From an uncultured Verrucomicrobiae bacterium (GTDB lineage Bacteria; Verrucomicrobiota; Verrucomicrobiia; Limisphaerales; Palsa-1400), in contig OY969763.1 of NCBI GenBank assembly GCA_963702845.1, positions 3,040,001-3,104,000 on the forward strand: a stretch of 64,000 nt of DNA. The letters run 5' to 3'. The notes under the pieces were generated by a model. The model was not told the DNA's origin. It did not search any database and worked only from the letters and a program-made list of their open reading frames with translations. Of this stretch, positions 63,211 through 64,000 are shown in pieces. Numbering within the stretch: position 1 is the first letter of the stretch; the number at the start of each line of letters is the position of its first letter. Made by a program: the position numbers and the translations under genes.

Positions 63211-64000
63211 ATGCTCATCAGACACATCAGTCGAGTTGTCTTTGCAATCGCATTTGTGTCTCTGTCATTAACGGCGTTGGCCGCAAAATGGTGGGCGTTT
63301 GAACCGCCCTCGAAGCCGGCAGTTCCATCTGTTACAAATCAACGCTGGCCGAAAAACTCCATCGACAATTTCATTCTCACCAGGCTCGAACAAAAAAGTC
63401 TTAAACCTGCCAAAGCCGCTGACAAACGAACTTTAATCAGACGCGCAACGTTCGACCTCATTGGTCTACCACCGACATCACAAGAAATCGACGCGTTCCT
63501 GAACGACAAATCTCCCGATGCGTTCGCCAAAGTCATCGACCGACTTCTCGCCTCGCCACATTACGGCGAACGCTGGGGCCGTCATTGGCTCGACGTCGTC
63601 CGCTACACCGATTCCCAGGATTCGCGTGGCATTGGCGGCGAAAGCGATGTTGCTGAATCCTGGCGCTATCGCGATTGGGTCATCCGAGCGTTCAACGACG
63701 ACCTCCCCTACAACAAATTCATCGAACAACAAATCGCCGGCGACCTCCTGCCCGTCGAACCTCCCGCCGAAATCAACACCAATGCCATCATCGCGACCGG
63801 TATGTATGCCATCGGCAATTGGGGCAACGGTGACGCCGACAAAGATAAAATCCTCACCGACATTGCCGACGATCGGCGTCGACGTCACCGCGCGCGGTTT
63901 TCTCGGAGTGACCCTCGGTTGCGCCCGCTGTCACGACCACAAATTCGATCCCCTCACCCAGCGCGACTACTACGCGATGGCCGGAATATTTTTCAGCAGC
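63211..64000 (+). CDS. DUF1549/DUF1553 (PSD1, planctomycete cytochrome c-type) protein, 5' part only; frameshift near 63875
   Basis: Manual translation: signal peptide, [61 protein letters not shown]. Confidence 0.9.
   Translation, partial: MLIRHISRVVFAIAFVSLSLTALAAKWWAFEPPSKPAVPSVTNQRWPKNSIDNFILTRLEQKSLKPAKAADKRTLIRRATFDLIGLPPTSQEIDAFLNDKSPDAFAKVIDRLLASPHYGERWGRHWLDVVRYTDSQDSRGIGGESDVAESWRYRDWVIRAFNDDLPYNKFIEQQIAGDLLPVEPPAEINTNAIIATGMYAIGNWGNGDADKDKILTDIADDRRRRHRARFSRSDPRLRPLSRPQIRSPHPARLLRDGRNIFQQ

Overview
Bacterial chromosomal segment, most likely from Verrucomicrobiota subdivision 3 (Pedosphaera/Limisphaerales-like). This is inferred from gene content: a DUF1559/H-X9-DG prepilin-like protein, a DUF1549 planctomycete-type cytochrome protein, PATR-repeat surface proteins, a PGN-type EF-P and heptamer intergenic repeats. 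There are about 39 CDS plus tRNA-Ser(GGA): DnaJ-class chaperone, mdtABC-like RND pump, efp, sulfatase, three tandem S8 peptidases, add-LOG-M16-pabB-pabC, GH43, fumC, a Fes-like esterase / AraC / prepilin-like module, a PLD gene pair, aceB-glycogen debranching enzyme-CCA enzyme, a WYL regulator, luxE-MFS-luxC-queD, ThuA-DUF1080/Gfo/YceI, DUF6600 and a ~3,450-aa SpoIID/PATR surface protein. Many genes carry single-base frameshifts that look like assembly indels, so the ORF track splits or fuses real genes. Best leads: (1) a putative iron-regulated module linking a Fur-like palindrome, a PchR-like AraC and a pilin-like H-X9-DG protein; (2) a luciferase-less luxE-MFS-luxC-queD operon; (3) a shared C-terminal domain and Thr-Asn enrichment in exported proteins, suggesting a lineage-specific sorting/glycosylation system; (4) a REP-like element translated in frame inside pabB; (5) a WYL autoregulatory palindrome; (6) a candidate ~60-nt sRNA. 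All family assignments come from motif recognition by eye; no database searches were run. No CRISPR array, integrase or transposase was seen.
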